DNA of 64,000 bases from an uncultured delta proteobacterium (GCA_963847445.1 CAWJZV010000002.1:32001-96000); one strand, 5' to 3'. Positions 14,507-24,071 are shown, counted from the stretch's first letter. Program-made: numbers and translations. Notes: generated by a model not told the origin, from the letters alone.

Positions 14507-14629
14507 GAATCAACTGAACGCGCTTCAAGCCGATCCTACGATTAACCGGCGCGGCTGCTTGATTACCTTATCCGCCTGTCGAGAAAGAAACCGTGAAGTT
14601 GGTTATCACGAACGCTGCCGGTATAGATG

Positions 14630-14655
14630 CAAGATGTTGCCTTGGTCCGACCCGG
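14630..14655 (-). repeat. Third (short) copy of the element 5' end
   Basis: caagatgttgccttggtccgacccgg. Confidence 0.75.
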
Positions 14656-14911
14656 CGTCAGCGTGTCTGCGAAGGCGGTGGGCTACACCGGATAGTGCAG
14701 ACGGCGGTAAATTGAAATCCCGCGCGCTAGAATGCCCCAAAGCTGCTACGCCGGTAAAAGTCGACGCCATGCGTAGTACATCAGGCTTACCCACAGCTCA
14801 AAAATAATGAGAAGTGTCTAATACAGGACATCGGGCCCTCGCACGACAAGTTAGAAGTTACGTATGGATCCATGCTTAAGCTTGTGGGCGCGATTGATAG
14901 TTAACAAACCA

Positions 14912-15172
14912 ATGAAGATCGAATACCGGGGTTATACAATCGAAGTAACGCCAAAACAGACGGATGGACTCTGGGCCGCAGACGTTTGTATTGAGCCTCA
15001 AATTGGAGATCCTGCGGCTTTGCGGCAAAAGAGTGAATTGGACGGGGCTGGCAGCGAGGGCCATGCGGAAATTGCCGGTCTGCAATGGGGCAAATATCGG
15101 GTCGATTTGCATAACGCCGGCAATGAGCCAAACGCCGCGGGCCGTATACTGCCACGCGTGGTTAAAATGTAG
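14912..15172 (+). CDS. Small hypothetical protein
   Basis: MKIEYRGYTIEVTPKQTDGLWAADVCIEP...AEIAGLQWGKYRVD; plausible small alpha/beta protein. Confidence 0.5.
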   Translation: MKIEYRGYTIEVTPKQTDGLWAADVCIEPQIGDPAALRQKSELDGAGSEGHAEIAGLQWGKYRVDLHNAGNEPNAAGRILPRVVKM

Positions 15173-15306
15173 GACAGACTGCGGACTACAATCGTCGCAC
15201 ACGGGTTGACCATGGTTTTAATGTTTCGTGTTTGATCCAGCGTTCATGCCTTTGAGTTCTGAGCCGAGAGAATTGACGCAGAGGGCGGTAGGCTGGCGTG
15301 GTTTTA

Positions 15307-15414
15307 TTAGAGGGCGCTTTTTCGGTTCAAAAAGCTAGCTCTAAGCTCTTAAACAATGTCTTTTAAGCCATCTTGTGTTGTCAAATCAAGATGTTGCCTT
15401 GGTCCGACCCGGGG
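15307..15414 (-). repeat. Fourth copy of the element 5' end (~108 bp)
   Basis: cgctttttcggttcaaaaagc...ctctaagctcttaaacaatg...aagccatcttgtgttgtcaaatcaagatgttgccttggtccgacccgggg. Confidence 0.85.
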
Positions 15415-15439
15415 TTAAGACTTTTTTGGCCGGCATTGA

Positions 15440-15800
15440 CGAACGCTGAAGCTGCTTGAACGAAGCGAAGCGGTGGAACGATTGGAACGGCTGGAACCGC
15501 GCAAAGCGATGGAACCACTGGAACGTTCTCCGGCTAACGTCCGACGTTGAACTTTTGAACCGTTGAACCTTGAACCGCGCCGCGAGGCGTTGACACCTGT
15601 TCCCATCGGCGATATTTCTTTCGCAAAAGATTGAGAGTGATTACGTTTGTAACCGCGCGAGCGATGGAACCATTGGAACGATTGGAATTTGTTCTTCGGT
15701 TGTAGAACGATTTGAACGGAGCGCAGCGGTTGAACGGCTTGAACGTTTTGAACGAATCAAGTTTACGTTGAATGTTTGAACGGTTGAACCGTTGAACGAG
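15440..15800. repeat. TTGAAC/TGGAAC short-period repeat cluster
   Basis: Many ttgaac/tggaac units at 7-9 nt spacing. Confidence 0.75.
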
Positions 15801-15832
15801 TTCTCTTCTTGCCGTCGTTTTAGCCAGGGACC

Positions 15833-15988
15833 TAACCGGTTGTTGAAAAACCTGATTTCAGGCTGTGCAAAAAGGTCCAAATGCGAGGCGCGCGAGATAT
15901 CGATGAGCGGAGGCGTACTTACTGATACGTTGGCGCGAGGCGATCGAGCGCAACGCAGCAGGTGGGCACCTTTTTCAACAGCCTGCTA
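15833..15988. mobile_element. MITE with ~18-bp terminal inverted repeats
   Basis: taaccggttgttgaaaaa ... tttttcaacagcctgcta; internal palindromy, no credible ORF. Confidence 0.7.
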
Positions 15989-16014
15989 ACACTCGCGATG
16001 TACGGAGGAAACCC

Positions 16015-16587
16015 ATGTCATTGCTGACACTGCAAATGCCGGCCCTTCCCAACCCGGTCAAAGTCGTCCTCCAACCCGCCACGACGGCGTTGTTGGTGTT
16101 CGACATGATCGATCGTATCTGCCAAAGCCAGCCGAATTGCACCGGGGTCATGGTGCCGGCCCTCGCCGCGCTGCTGGCGCGGGCACGAAAAGCCGGCGTC
16201 TTCGTCCTGTACTCTACTCGTGAGCCGGAGAGCTCGAAGTGGGTGCCGGACGTCGCTCCCGCTCCGGGCGACCCTGTCGTCAAGTCGACGGGTCAGGACA
16301 GATTCTACAACACCGATCTCGACAATACGCTGAAGGCAAAGGGGATTAGGACGGTGATTCTTACCGGCTGGAAGGTCAGCGGCTCGGTGGTCTATACATC
16401 GGTCGGAGCAACTCTGCGGGGGTACACTGTGGTTGTGCCGACAGATGCCAGCTTAGCCGCAACCGACTACGAAGTGGCGATCGGCCAATTCCAAATATTG
16501 AATCAGAATAGCGCCAACGCTACCAACGAACCGCTGAAGGCGAACGCCTCAACCCTGAGCCGTGCGGATATGATCGTCTTTCAGTAG
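16015..16587 (+). CDS. Isochorismatase-family hydrolase
   Basis: TALLVFDM, FYNTDLDNTLKAKGIRTVILTG, RGYTVVVPTDA; GGAGG RBS. Confidence 0.85.
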   Translation: MSLLTLQMPALPNPVKVVLQPATTALLVFDMIDRICQSQPNCTGVMVPALAALLARARKAGVFVLYSTREPESSKWVPDVAPAPGDPVVKSTGQDRFYNTDLDNTLKAKGIRTVILTGWKVSGSVVYTSVGATLRGYTVVVPTDASLAATDYEVAIGQFQILNQNSANATNEPLKANASTLSRADMIVFQ

Positions 16588-16638
16588 AAAGCGCGGGTTG
16601 GTGATATATTGTCGTAAATATTTGCTTGGAATTATTTC

Positions 16639-16707
16639 GGGCCGGACCAAGCTATTATCGTTGCTTCATCAAACTTTCATCCCAAAAGCAGCTGTTTTGA
16701 GACCTTA
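16639..16707 (-). repeat. Copy of the element 3' end (homologous to 11511-11580)
   Basis: gggccggaccaagcta...ctttcatcccaaaagcagctgttttgagacctta vs gggtcggaccagccta...ctttcattccagaagacagtgttttccgggctta. Confidence 0.65.
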
Positions 16708-17155
16708 GAGCTTCACGACAATGCCTTTCCTACTGCATGTCCATTCCCCCGTCCCCTCATTTTTACAGCAGAGAATGCAGGCGCCATGGATGCAGATCGA
16801 TACACACGTCAGAGTGATCGTGTCGCTGGATATCGTTGCGGCTTGACGCATAAAGGTCTCAACCGGAATGGGAAAGCGCGGCGGCCGGTTGCCAGGCTTC
16901 GAAGCCCGGCGTTGGGCGAGGTTCAAGAGGCGTAAGATTTCAGCCGAGGGGCGTTCTTGTTTACTCTCCGGACACGAAACAATCGCGAGGCCGGTGACCA
17001 ACCCTTTTTTGATTACCGCGCGGACCATTTGAGAACAGCAACTGTTCTTGATGGAACCCACCTCAACTTCTGCGCTGGCGGCGCGCGCGAGCTTGGCCGT
17101 ATCAAGATGCCTGACGGATGCAAACACTTCAAACTCCGGCCGGTAAACTTCAACC
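16705..17155 (-). CDS. Cys-rich hypothetical protein, 5' end lost at the adjacent RAYT insertion
   Basis: SCCSQ, CVSICIHGACILCCK...WTC; frame is open up to the tandem repeats at 17156. Confidence 0.5.
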
Positions 17156-17192
17156 GGATCGGGAAAGGGATCGGAAAGGGGGGGATCGGAAA

Positions 17193-18192
17193 GGGGTCAG
17201 ACTTTGATATCACGACTATCTTGACAGCCGACGCGACATTCACTACAAGTTTGGGTCATGGCACGCCGACCCCGACTGTTTGCCCCAGGCTTGCTCTATC
17301 ATGTCATCGTCCGTGGTAACCAACGGCGAAAGACGTTTCTCAATGACACCGATTACGGGGCCTATCTCGAGCGGCTCGGTCGCTACCGCCGCCGCTACGA
17401 TTACACCATCCACGCCTACTGTCTGATGCCCAACCATGTGCATCTGTTAGTCGAAAGCTCCCGCGAGTCCCTGGCTAAATTCATGCAAGGACTCCAGCAG
17501 TCCTATAGCCAGTATTTTAACCTACACCACCGGAAATCCGGCCACGTGTTCCAGGGCCGGTATAAAGCCATCGTCTGCGACAAAGACGAGTATTTATTGC
17601 AGCTGATCCGCTATATACATCTCAATCCCGTGCGCGCCGGCATGGTCAAAGAGCCCGAGAAGTATTTATACAGCGGCCACCGGGCCTATCTCCAGGGCAA
17701 AGCCAGCGAAACCATCGACCCAAGCAAAGTGCTAAGTGTCCTGGGCGGCCGCGGGCGCTACCGGGCGTTTGTCAGCGGCGGCATGAAGGATGGGCACCGA
17801 GAAGACTACTACGAAGTATCGGACCAGCGGTTTCTGGGAGCCGAAGGGTTTGGCGAAAAGCTCCAGGACGAGCATGAAGAGCCCCGAGCGAAAAAACGCC
17901 GTCCGCTGGAGAAAGCGGTCCAGGAGTTGAGCCAACTGCTGGCAATCCAACCGCAAGTGCTCCGAAGCGCCGATCGCAGTTGGGGGGTGTCCCAAGCGCG
18001 CACCAAGATCGGGTATATACTGGTACGGCGGCAGGGCTACGCGCTGAGCGAAGTGGCGAGATATTTCGCTCGGGACCTGGCGACGATTGGGACGTTGATC
18101 GGCAGGTTGAGCGGGCGTATGGAAGAGGATGAGCGGATGCGGCGGGAGATTGAGACCCTGACCAAGAAAGTCGAGATATGAGAGTCTGTCCC
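17193..18192 (+). mobile_element. Intact RAYT-like element bounded by GGGGTCAGACT ... AGTCTGTCCC
   Basis: Imperfect inverted ends directly around promoter and gene; TTGACA-N17-TACAAG at 17221-17249. Confidence 0.75.
17258..18181 (+). CDS. Y1/HUH tyrosine transposase (RAYT-like) with C-terminal HTH
   Basis: YHVIVRGN, YCLMPNHVHLL (HUH), GHVFQGRY, LIRYIHLNPVRAG (catalytic Tyr). Confidence 0.93.
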   Translation: MARRPRLFAPGLLYHVIVRGNQRRKTFLNDTDYGAYLERLGRYRRRYDYTIHAYCLMPNHVHLLVESSRESLAKFMQGLQQSYSQYFNLHHRKSGHVFQGRYKAIVCDKDEYLLQLIRYIHLNPVRAGMVKEPEKYLYSGHRAYLQGKASETIDPSKVLSVLGGRGRYRAFVSGGMKDGHREDYYEVSDQRFLGAEGFGEKLQDEHEEPRAKKRRPLEKAVQELSQLLAIQPQVLRSADRSWGVSQARTKIGYILVRRQGYALSEVARYFARDLATIGTLIGRLSGRMEEDERMRREIETLTKKVEI

Positions 18193-18294
18193 GTTGCTTT
18201 GACTGCGCTGTCTATAAGAGAATCTCCTCAGGCGCAGTAGCAGATCAACCATTAACCAGCAGTCGGGCGGCGACTGCAATGACAGGAGGTTAAT

Positions 18295-19347
18295 ATGAAA
18301 ATGGCAATGCTCGCAGCGGCTTGGGTTTTCAGCGTCAATTCCGGTATTGGACTTGCTAGCCAAGTCCACGCCCAGACGCCGTATTATCAGGGCAAGACCA
18401 TCAGACTAATTCAGGGGCGCAATCCCGGTGGCTCCGGAGACACGCGCGTGAAATTGGTCGCGCCTTACCTGAAGAAATATATCCCCGGCAATCCTACCGT
18501 GATTAGCGAGTATATGGACGGTGGCGGCGGCCGCAAGGCGGCTAACTATCTTTATACAGCGCGCCCGGATGGCTTGATCATCGGCCATGTCAGCAGCGGC
18601 ATCGTCACCAGTGCCGTGCTCGGCGAGAGCGGGGTTCAATACGATATCGATAAATTCATCTGGCTCGGCGCCACCGACAGCGCCTTTCACTACGCGTTTC
18701 TGGTCAGAAAGGAATTAGCGCTGACCAACATCGAAAAGTTGCAGTCGCATACCGGGCTCAGGATTGGCGCCACATCCATCGGCCATACCACCTACACTTT
18801 CGGCCGCAGCTTTGCCTGGCTGCTTGGTCTCAAGGAACCCAGGTTCGGCTTGGGCTATGCCTCCGTGGAAGTCGATGTGGCGATCGAACGAGGCGAGTTG
18901 GATGCGCGCAGCAACAACACCGCCGAGGTGCTGCGGCGCTATCCCGACGCTTTCAAAAAAGCCCCTTTCAATATTCTCGCGGTGTTCAAAATTCCACGCG
19001 AAGACAAGGACGCGGATTTCGATCACCTGCCGGAAATCGACAGCTTTGCCAAATCCGAAAGAGAGCGCCGCTTGCTCACGTTGATCCGCTCCACCCGTCA
19101 GGTTGGAACGCCGTTTTTGATTCCTCCGGGCACGCCCAAGGAACACGTCCAGTTACTCCGTGAAGGCATGACCAAGACGTTTCGCGACCCCGATTTTCAA
19201 AAGGAATATCGTAAGATCACCAGTGATGACGTCAGTCCGATGGCACCCGAGGCGCAGCAGGAGACCATCCGATCGATACCCCGCGACGCCGAAACCATCG
19301 GACTCTTCAAGCTGATCAATGGTGACAAGCCGTTGCCGGCCCGCTGA
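18295..19347 (+). CDS. Bug/TctC-family tripartite tricarboxylate transporter substrate-binding protein
   Basis: Signal peptide; YYQGKTIRLI...PGGSGD, IPGNP, GGGG...AANYLY...PDGL, PPGTPK. Confidence 0.88.
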   Translation: MKMAMLAAAWVFSVNSGIGLASQVHAQTPYYQGKTIRLIQGRNPGGSGDTRVKLVAPYLKKYIPGNPTVISEYMDGGGGRKAANYLYTARPDGLIIGHVSSGIVTSAVLGESGVQYDIDKFIWLGATDSAFHYAFLVRKELALTNIEKLQSHTGLRIGATSIGHTTYTFGRSFAWLLGLKEPRFGLGYASVEVDVAIERGELDARSNNTAEVLRRYPDAFKKAPFNILAVFKIPREDKDADFDHLPEIDSFAKSERERRLLTLIRSTRQVGTPFLIPPGTPKEHVQLLREGMTKTFRDPDFQKEYRKITSDDVSPMAPEAQQETIRSIPRDAETIGLFKLINGDKPLPAR

Positions 19348-19375
19348 GAGCAGAGTGTAAAGTTACAAATCGGGC

Positions 19376-19516
19376 CGTTCAAGGTTCAAGGTTCAAAGGT
19401 TCAAGGTCAGATGCGGACGGGCTCGCGGAAGACGCCTGTTCAAAGGTTCAAGGACGGATTCGGACGGGATGAAGACGGGATGGGCCCGTTCAAGGTTCAA
19501 GGGTTCAAAAGTTCAA
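19376..19516. repeat. GTTCAAG/GTTCAAAG tandem-repeat element; related copies at 20441-20600 and 22300-22435
   Basis: gttcaaggttcaaggttcaaaggttcaagg; shared aaggacggattcgga spacer at ~19450 and ~20574. Confidence 0.75.
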
Positions 19517-19724
19517 TTAGACGGCACGGAAAGGATGCGGGTGATGCCACGTACAACGCCGTTACCAACCGACTCGACCAAGTCCTGAGACTTGATCAAA
19601 ATGCGCATCGTTACTGAGAACCGACAGTCCGTGCTGCCTCGCCAGCGCGGCGATCCAAAGATCGTTCCCGGGAATCGGCTGGCCAAGCAAGCGGAGCGTC
19701 TCTTCGACAGAAACGGATCGTCGG

Positions 19725-20020
19725 CTAAATGCGACGTTCTTGGTCTCCAGGCGGGGTCATCGGTGCAGTACCATATCGCCGTGCGATGCGAGCACCGATC
19801 TTGAAGCCGTGTCGCTCAGCGCCGTCGCGAAGCGCTCGGGATGATTTCAGCCCATAGCGGTATTCGCCCAACACGATAACGCGAAGATGGATGTCGTCGT
19901 CTGCCAGTTGAATGCGGTCGAGCAAGCGTTGGTTTGCGTCGGCGAAATCAGAAATCGCGTTGGTATCGAGGATCATTTCCAATCCCCGGGATCAATCCTC
20001 TCAAACTCCTTATCCAGAAT
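19725..20020 (-). pseudogene. VapC PIN toxin relic with the 3' tail of its antitoxin
   Basis: MILDTNAISDFAD...VIVLGEYRYGL; upstream ...EFERIDPGDWK* overlapping the ATG. Confidence 0.7.
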
Positions 20021-20680
20021 AGTTTGTAAGTTTGAGATGCTGCGGTGCCGAGCTCAACGGCAGTATCGCGCGGATTTAGGCGAGAACGCCCGCACCATAC
20101 GTAAACGCTCAGTCATCCATCGTCGCTCGCCCATTCCGTATCGGCGTGACCCGGACTGTTCGACCGTGGCTTCAGCGCGGTTGCTCCAGATAACGCCCGT
20201 TTGCTGCGGCCAAAGTCATGGCGCGTTTCAGGGTCTGGTCACGTGATTTCGGTCGTCTTCACGTGTCGAAGATCACAATGTGATCTTCGATGCGTTCGGT
20301 CGGCGACAGCCGCATCCGATCCATTCAAGGGTGTACCGTCCTCACGACAACCGTACGCCGACACAAGAAATGATCCCATGACGGCGTTCAACTCCGCGAT
20401 TGGCTAGGTTTCTGACAAGGGGGCGTTCCGATACTAACCCGTTCAAGGTTCAAGGGTTAAGTACCGTCATACAACCGTTCAAATCGTTCCGCTTCGTTCA
20501 ACCGAACTTCGCTACGTTCACCGACGTAAGACCCATTTAGGCCCCGTTCAAAGGTTCAGGGTTCAAATGTTCAAGGACGGATTCGGATCGGAGTTTCGAC
20601 GTTTCGGGAAATGCGGGTCAGCGATAAACGCCCCGGCGCAGTAGCGCCGGCCGGCTAGTCTACGGGTCGACGTGCGGAAT

Positions 20681-22258
20681 CTAACGCCGGCTTTTGGTGA
20701 GAAACTGGCGTTCGTAAAGTGATCGAAGCTCGGCAAGCGTGGTGATTTGGCTGTGATCTTTATCCTCGCGGATCCTGGTGATCCGAGCAAACCGCAGGGC
20801 GAACTCCGAGCTGTACTGCGGGCTGCGCTGGATTTCGTTGTAGGTTACCTCGACCACAACTTCAGGTCGCACGGTGACCGTGTAACCGTTATCGCTTAAT
20901 TGGATTGCCTGCAGTCTGGCCGTCATCTCGATGAACTGTTTGTCGGTAAGTCCTTTAAACGTTTTGCCGACCGGAGCGTAGCCGCCGGCTTCGTCGGCGA
21001 CCGCAAGATGATAGTTCGAAAGCCAGCCGCGCCGTCTTCCGGAGCCCCGGTCGGCGGCGACGATAATGCAGTCGATGGTTTCGGCCGGCTTTACCTTGAA
21101 CCAAAGCTTGCCGCGGTTGCCCGGCATGTATGCGCTGTCCAACGCCTTCGCCATCAGTCCCTCGTGTCCCGCGGCGAGTGATGCCGCCAGAAACGACTCC
21201 GCCAGGGTCTTGTCGCTGACAAGGGTCTGCGCTGCCAAATGTTTGCCGGCGGAGAGCTTTTTTAGTTTTTGCCAACGCAGCTCATAGCTCTCGTCGATGA
21301 GCGAGTGGCCGTCCAAATAGAGGCAATCGAAAAGGTAAAGGGAAAGTGGGATTTCATCCGCTGCGGTTTCGATGCCGTGCACACGCCGGAAGCGGCGCAT
21401 GAGTTCCTGAAACGGAAACGGGCGGCCGTCCTTGCCAGTCGCCACCACCTCGGCATCGAGGATAAAGGACTCGCCCTGCAATTGGTTGCGGGCAATCTCG
21501 GCGATATCCGGCAGACTTGCAGTGACTTCGGTTAAGCGCCGGCTCCAAATGCGGATCTGCTCGCGATCCTTATGAATCTGCACCCGCGCGCCGTCGTATT
21601 TATACTCGAGCGAGGTTTTGCCGTTGTGGGTTTTCAAGATCTCGTCAAAGTCTTGAGAAAGCTCCGAAAGCATCGGCAGCAGCGGCACGAACAGCTTGAT
21701 ATCGACTTGCGTCAAAGCTTCGGCGCCTGCGGTCAACGCAATGACCGCAACCTCAGCGAGATCCGAGAGAAAGAGCGCCGCGCGCCGCACTTTTTTCAGT
21801 TCGCTGCCCGAAGCGCGGGCGATCGCTTCTTGAATAAGGCCGTCGTGCAAGCCGATGCGCAGCTCGTTGTGCAGCAAACGAAACAAGATCGGCCGCTCCT
21901 GCGCCGAAGCCATCTCAACGAGCTCTCTCAGCCGCGTAGATTTCTGTTCACGCGAGCCTTTGCCGGTGGCCTCGGCGACCTGGGCGAAACAATCGGCGAC
22001 ATCGCTGATCGTAAGCTGGGGTAGGACGGTCTTGTCGTGTTGCGGAATCGCCGCGAGGTGAGCGAACACACTGGGACCCACGTCCAGTGTTCGCGGATCT
22101 GAAATAGCAAAGGCGCGGCCCGAGAGAAACGCCACGCCAGGACGAATTTCATCCGGCTCGAGGCGCCGCAGGTAGTTCGCCGCCGCGCCGACCTTGGCGA
22201 GCCGGCTCGGCGTCTTTTCCAGCTCGTAGCAGAGCGCGGCAAAATCGCTGAAGTTCAC
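20681..22258 (-). CDS. ATP-dependent DNA ligase (LigB/archaeal type with N-terminal DNA-binding domain)
   Basis: EYKYDGARVQIH (motif I), EGLMAK, YMPGNRGKLWFKVK, ALRFARITRIREDK. Confidence 0.93.
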   Translation of the reverse strand: MNFSDFAALCYELEKTPSRLAKVGAAANYLRRLEPDEIRPGVAFLSGRAFAISDPRTLDVGPSVFAHLAAIPQHDKTVLPQLTISDVADCFAQVAEATGKGSREQKSTRLRELVEMASAQERPILFRLLHNELRIGLHDGLIQEAIARASGSELKKVRRAALFLSDLAEVAVIALTAGAEALTQVDIKLFVPLLPMLSELSQDFDEILKTHNGKTSLEYKYDGARVQIHKDREQIRIWSRRLTEVTASLPDIAEIARNQLQGESFILDAEVVATGKDGRPFPFQELMRRFRRVHGIETAADEIPLSLYLFDCLYLDGHSLIDESYELRWQKLKKLSAGKHLAAQTLVSDKTLAESFLAASLAAGHEGLMAKALDSAYMPGNRGKLWFKVKPAETIDCIIVAADRGSGRRRGWLSNYHLAVADEAGGYAPVGKTFKGLTDKQFIEMTARLQAIQLSDNGYTVTVRPEVVVEVTYNEIQRSPQYSSEFALRFARITRIREDKDHSQITTLAELRSLYERQFLTKSRR

Positions 22259-22519
22259 CGATCCTATTGTAACATTCTGCTTTGCTAAGATTAGGCCTCG
22301 TTCAAGGTTCAAGGTTCAAAAGTTCAAGGGACCCGGCCGGCCGTTCAAGGGGTTCCAACGTTCCAAAAGTTCCAAGGTGGCAGATTTCGGGCGGCTCGGG
22401 CGGAGCAGTCGCTGTTCAAGGGTTCAAAAGTTCCATTTACCCCGGCCCACCGCGCAACTCCGGTTCCATCATTAACCAGTCGGCCCAGTCGTTCCGAAAG
22501 TCTGCCCTGAATCAAATCA

Positions 22520-22717
22520 GGAGTTAGCTGAAACATGAGGTCGGCGGGGAATCGGTCTGTCGTTCTTTGACGGCCTGGTTTAAAACTTTCGTTCGACACT
22601 TGGTAGAGTTCTGCCAGATCGGCGTCCCGCATCACTTTTATTGTGGCCCCGGGAGTAAAGGGAAAGATCGACTTTTTCGATCCGTCGCGGCGGAATGATT
22701 TGACCTTGTGGTGACAT
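22520..22717 (-). pseudogene. ORF6N-domain protein relic
   Basis: KVMRDADLAELYQV...RFPADLMFQLT, broken by indels. Confidence 0.7.
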
Positions 22718-23279
22718 AACAACGGCGAACCTTAGGCGATCTGCCGGCAATTGGGCAAGAGCTTGCCAAACTCTCACCGGCTGGCCGTTGAGCGGCTCTA
22801 GAATTGCCGCGCTTACGCTGCCGCGATGAATACTCAACCGTGCGATCGTCACCGGCAACTTGAACCTCCTCGGCCCGGCGCTGCCGGGATTGACGAACAG
22901 CACCTCGTCGCGGGTAACGACGCTCGGCTTGTGTGAGTGGCCGCTGATGATGGCGCGAATTGCCGCTGCATTGGGATCGCCTTCGAGTTCGTGGACGTTA
23001 TGGATCACATGAATCTTGACGCCATTGATCTGGAGATTGAGTATGTCCGGCAGCTGTTTTCGCCCACGGGCCACGGTCGTTGTTGCCGCGGATAGCGTAG
23101 ACCGGCGCGATCGTGCTTAAGGCATGCAGCACCTCGGCCTTGCCGATATCGCCGCCGTGAATGATCAGTTCGACGCCCTTCAGCGCCGCCAGGGCTTCGG
23201 GCCGGATCAGGCCGTGGGTGTCGGAGATGACGCCGACGATGCCCTTCTCGATCTCGATCGTTTTCCTGCGAACTACCAT
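22580..23279 (-). CDS. YfcE/MJ0936-type metallophosphoesterase (frameshift; homology ends ~22795)
   Basis: ISDTHG, IIHGGDIG, RGNND, GHSHKP, NPGSAGPRRF. Confidence 0.88.
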
Positions 23280-23367
23280 GACCGGCTGATTTAGCTTGAT
23301 TCCGGCTTCCGCGCAATTCTATATTGGCCTCGGCGCAGAAGAGCCAACAAATGCCGGAGGATTTTCC

Positions 23368-23520
23368 CGCAAAGGCGCTAAGGCGCAAAGGCGATGGGAT
23401 AAACCAAACAGATTTCTTCCTTCGGTCGAAATGACATTGTCTTTAACTTAGCGTCTTCTGCGCCTTGGCTGGAGAATAATCCGATTCCAAAGATTCCCGA
23501 ACATTGCGCGAAAAATTATC
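23368..23520. repeat. Composite intergenic repeat; longer copy at 32955-33265
   Basis: cgcaaaggcgctaaggcgcaaag...tcgaaatgaca...cttagcgtcttctgcgccttggc...aatccgattcc...ttgcgcgaaaaattatc. Confidence 0.65.
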
Positions 23521-23564
23521 CAGACAGCCACAAGCTATAAGTCAAGACTCACACCGGAGGTGTT

Positions 23565-24071
23565 ATGTTTCCTCACCTGCAATCCTTCAACCTGCAAAAA
23601 TGGATCGATGACAACCGCGGCGAGTGGGGACAGCGGCGGGTGATTTGGCAGGACTCGGACTTCATCGCGTTTGTCACCCGCGGGCCGAACCGGCGCAAGG
23701 ATTACCACATCAACCCTGGCGACGAGATATTTTATCAATTGGAGGGCGAGCTCAACCTGCATTACCTAAAAGGCGACAAGCATGAGTTGGCCGTACTCAA
23801 GGCCGGAGATATCTTTCTCCTGCCGCGTAATGTGCCGCACTCGCCGCGCCGCGCCGACGGCTCGTGGACCTACGTGGTCGAGCGCACGCGCGGTCCAAAG
23901 CGAGATGGACCGCTTTATCTGGCCGTGCGAAAAATGCGGCAATCAAGCTTTACGCCACCGACGGTCAGATTCGACGATCCCAGCGATGCGGTCAAGAAAG
24001 CCACGGACTCGCTGCGCGCCGACCCGGCACTGGCCACCTGCAAACAGTGCGGCGCAGTTCTGGATGTGTGA
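23565..24071 (+). CDS. nbaC: 3-hydroxyanthranilate 3,4-dioxygenase family
   Basis: FNLQKWID, GPNRRKDYHINPGDEIFYQLEG, VPHSPRR, rubredoxin-like CEKC/CKQC (local compensated frameshift). Confidence 0.85.
   Translation: MFPHLQSFNLQKWIDDNRGEWGQRRVIWQDSDFIAFVTRGPNRRKDYHINPGDEIFYQLEGELNLHYLKGDKHELAVLKAGDIFLLPRNVPHSPRRADGSWTYVVERTRGPKRDGPLYLAVRKMRQSSFTPPTVRFDDPSDAVKKATDSLRADPALATCKQCGAVLDV

Noticed and set aside
15440-15800. TTGAAC repeats as a CRISPR array linked to the cas6 relic
   Set aside because: No constant 23-47 nt repeat with unique, regularly sized spacers
22580-22800. Phosphoesterase-ORF6N fusion
   Set aside because: Read-through into a decayed, frameshifted ORF6N relic; not a coherent domain fusion
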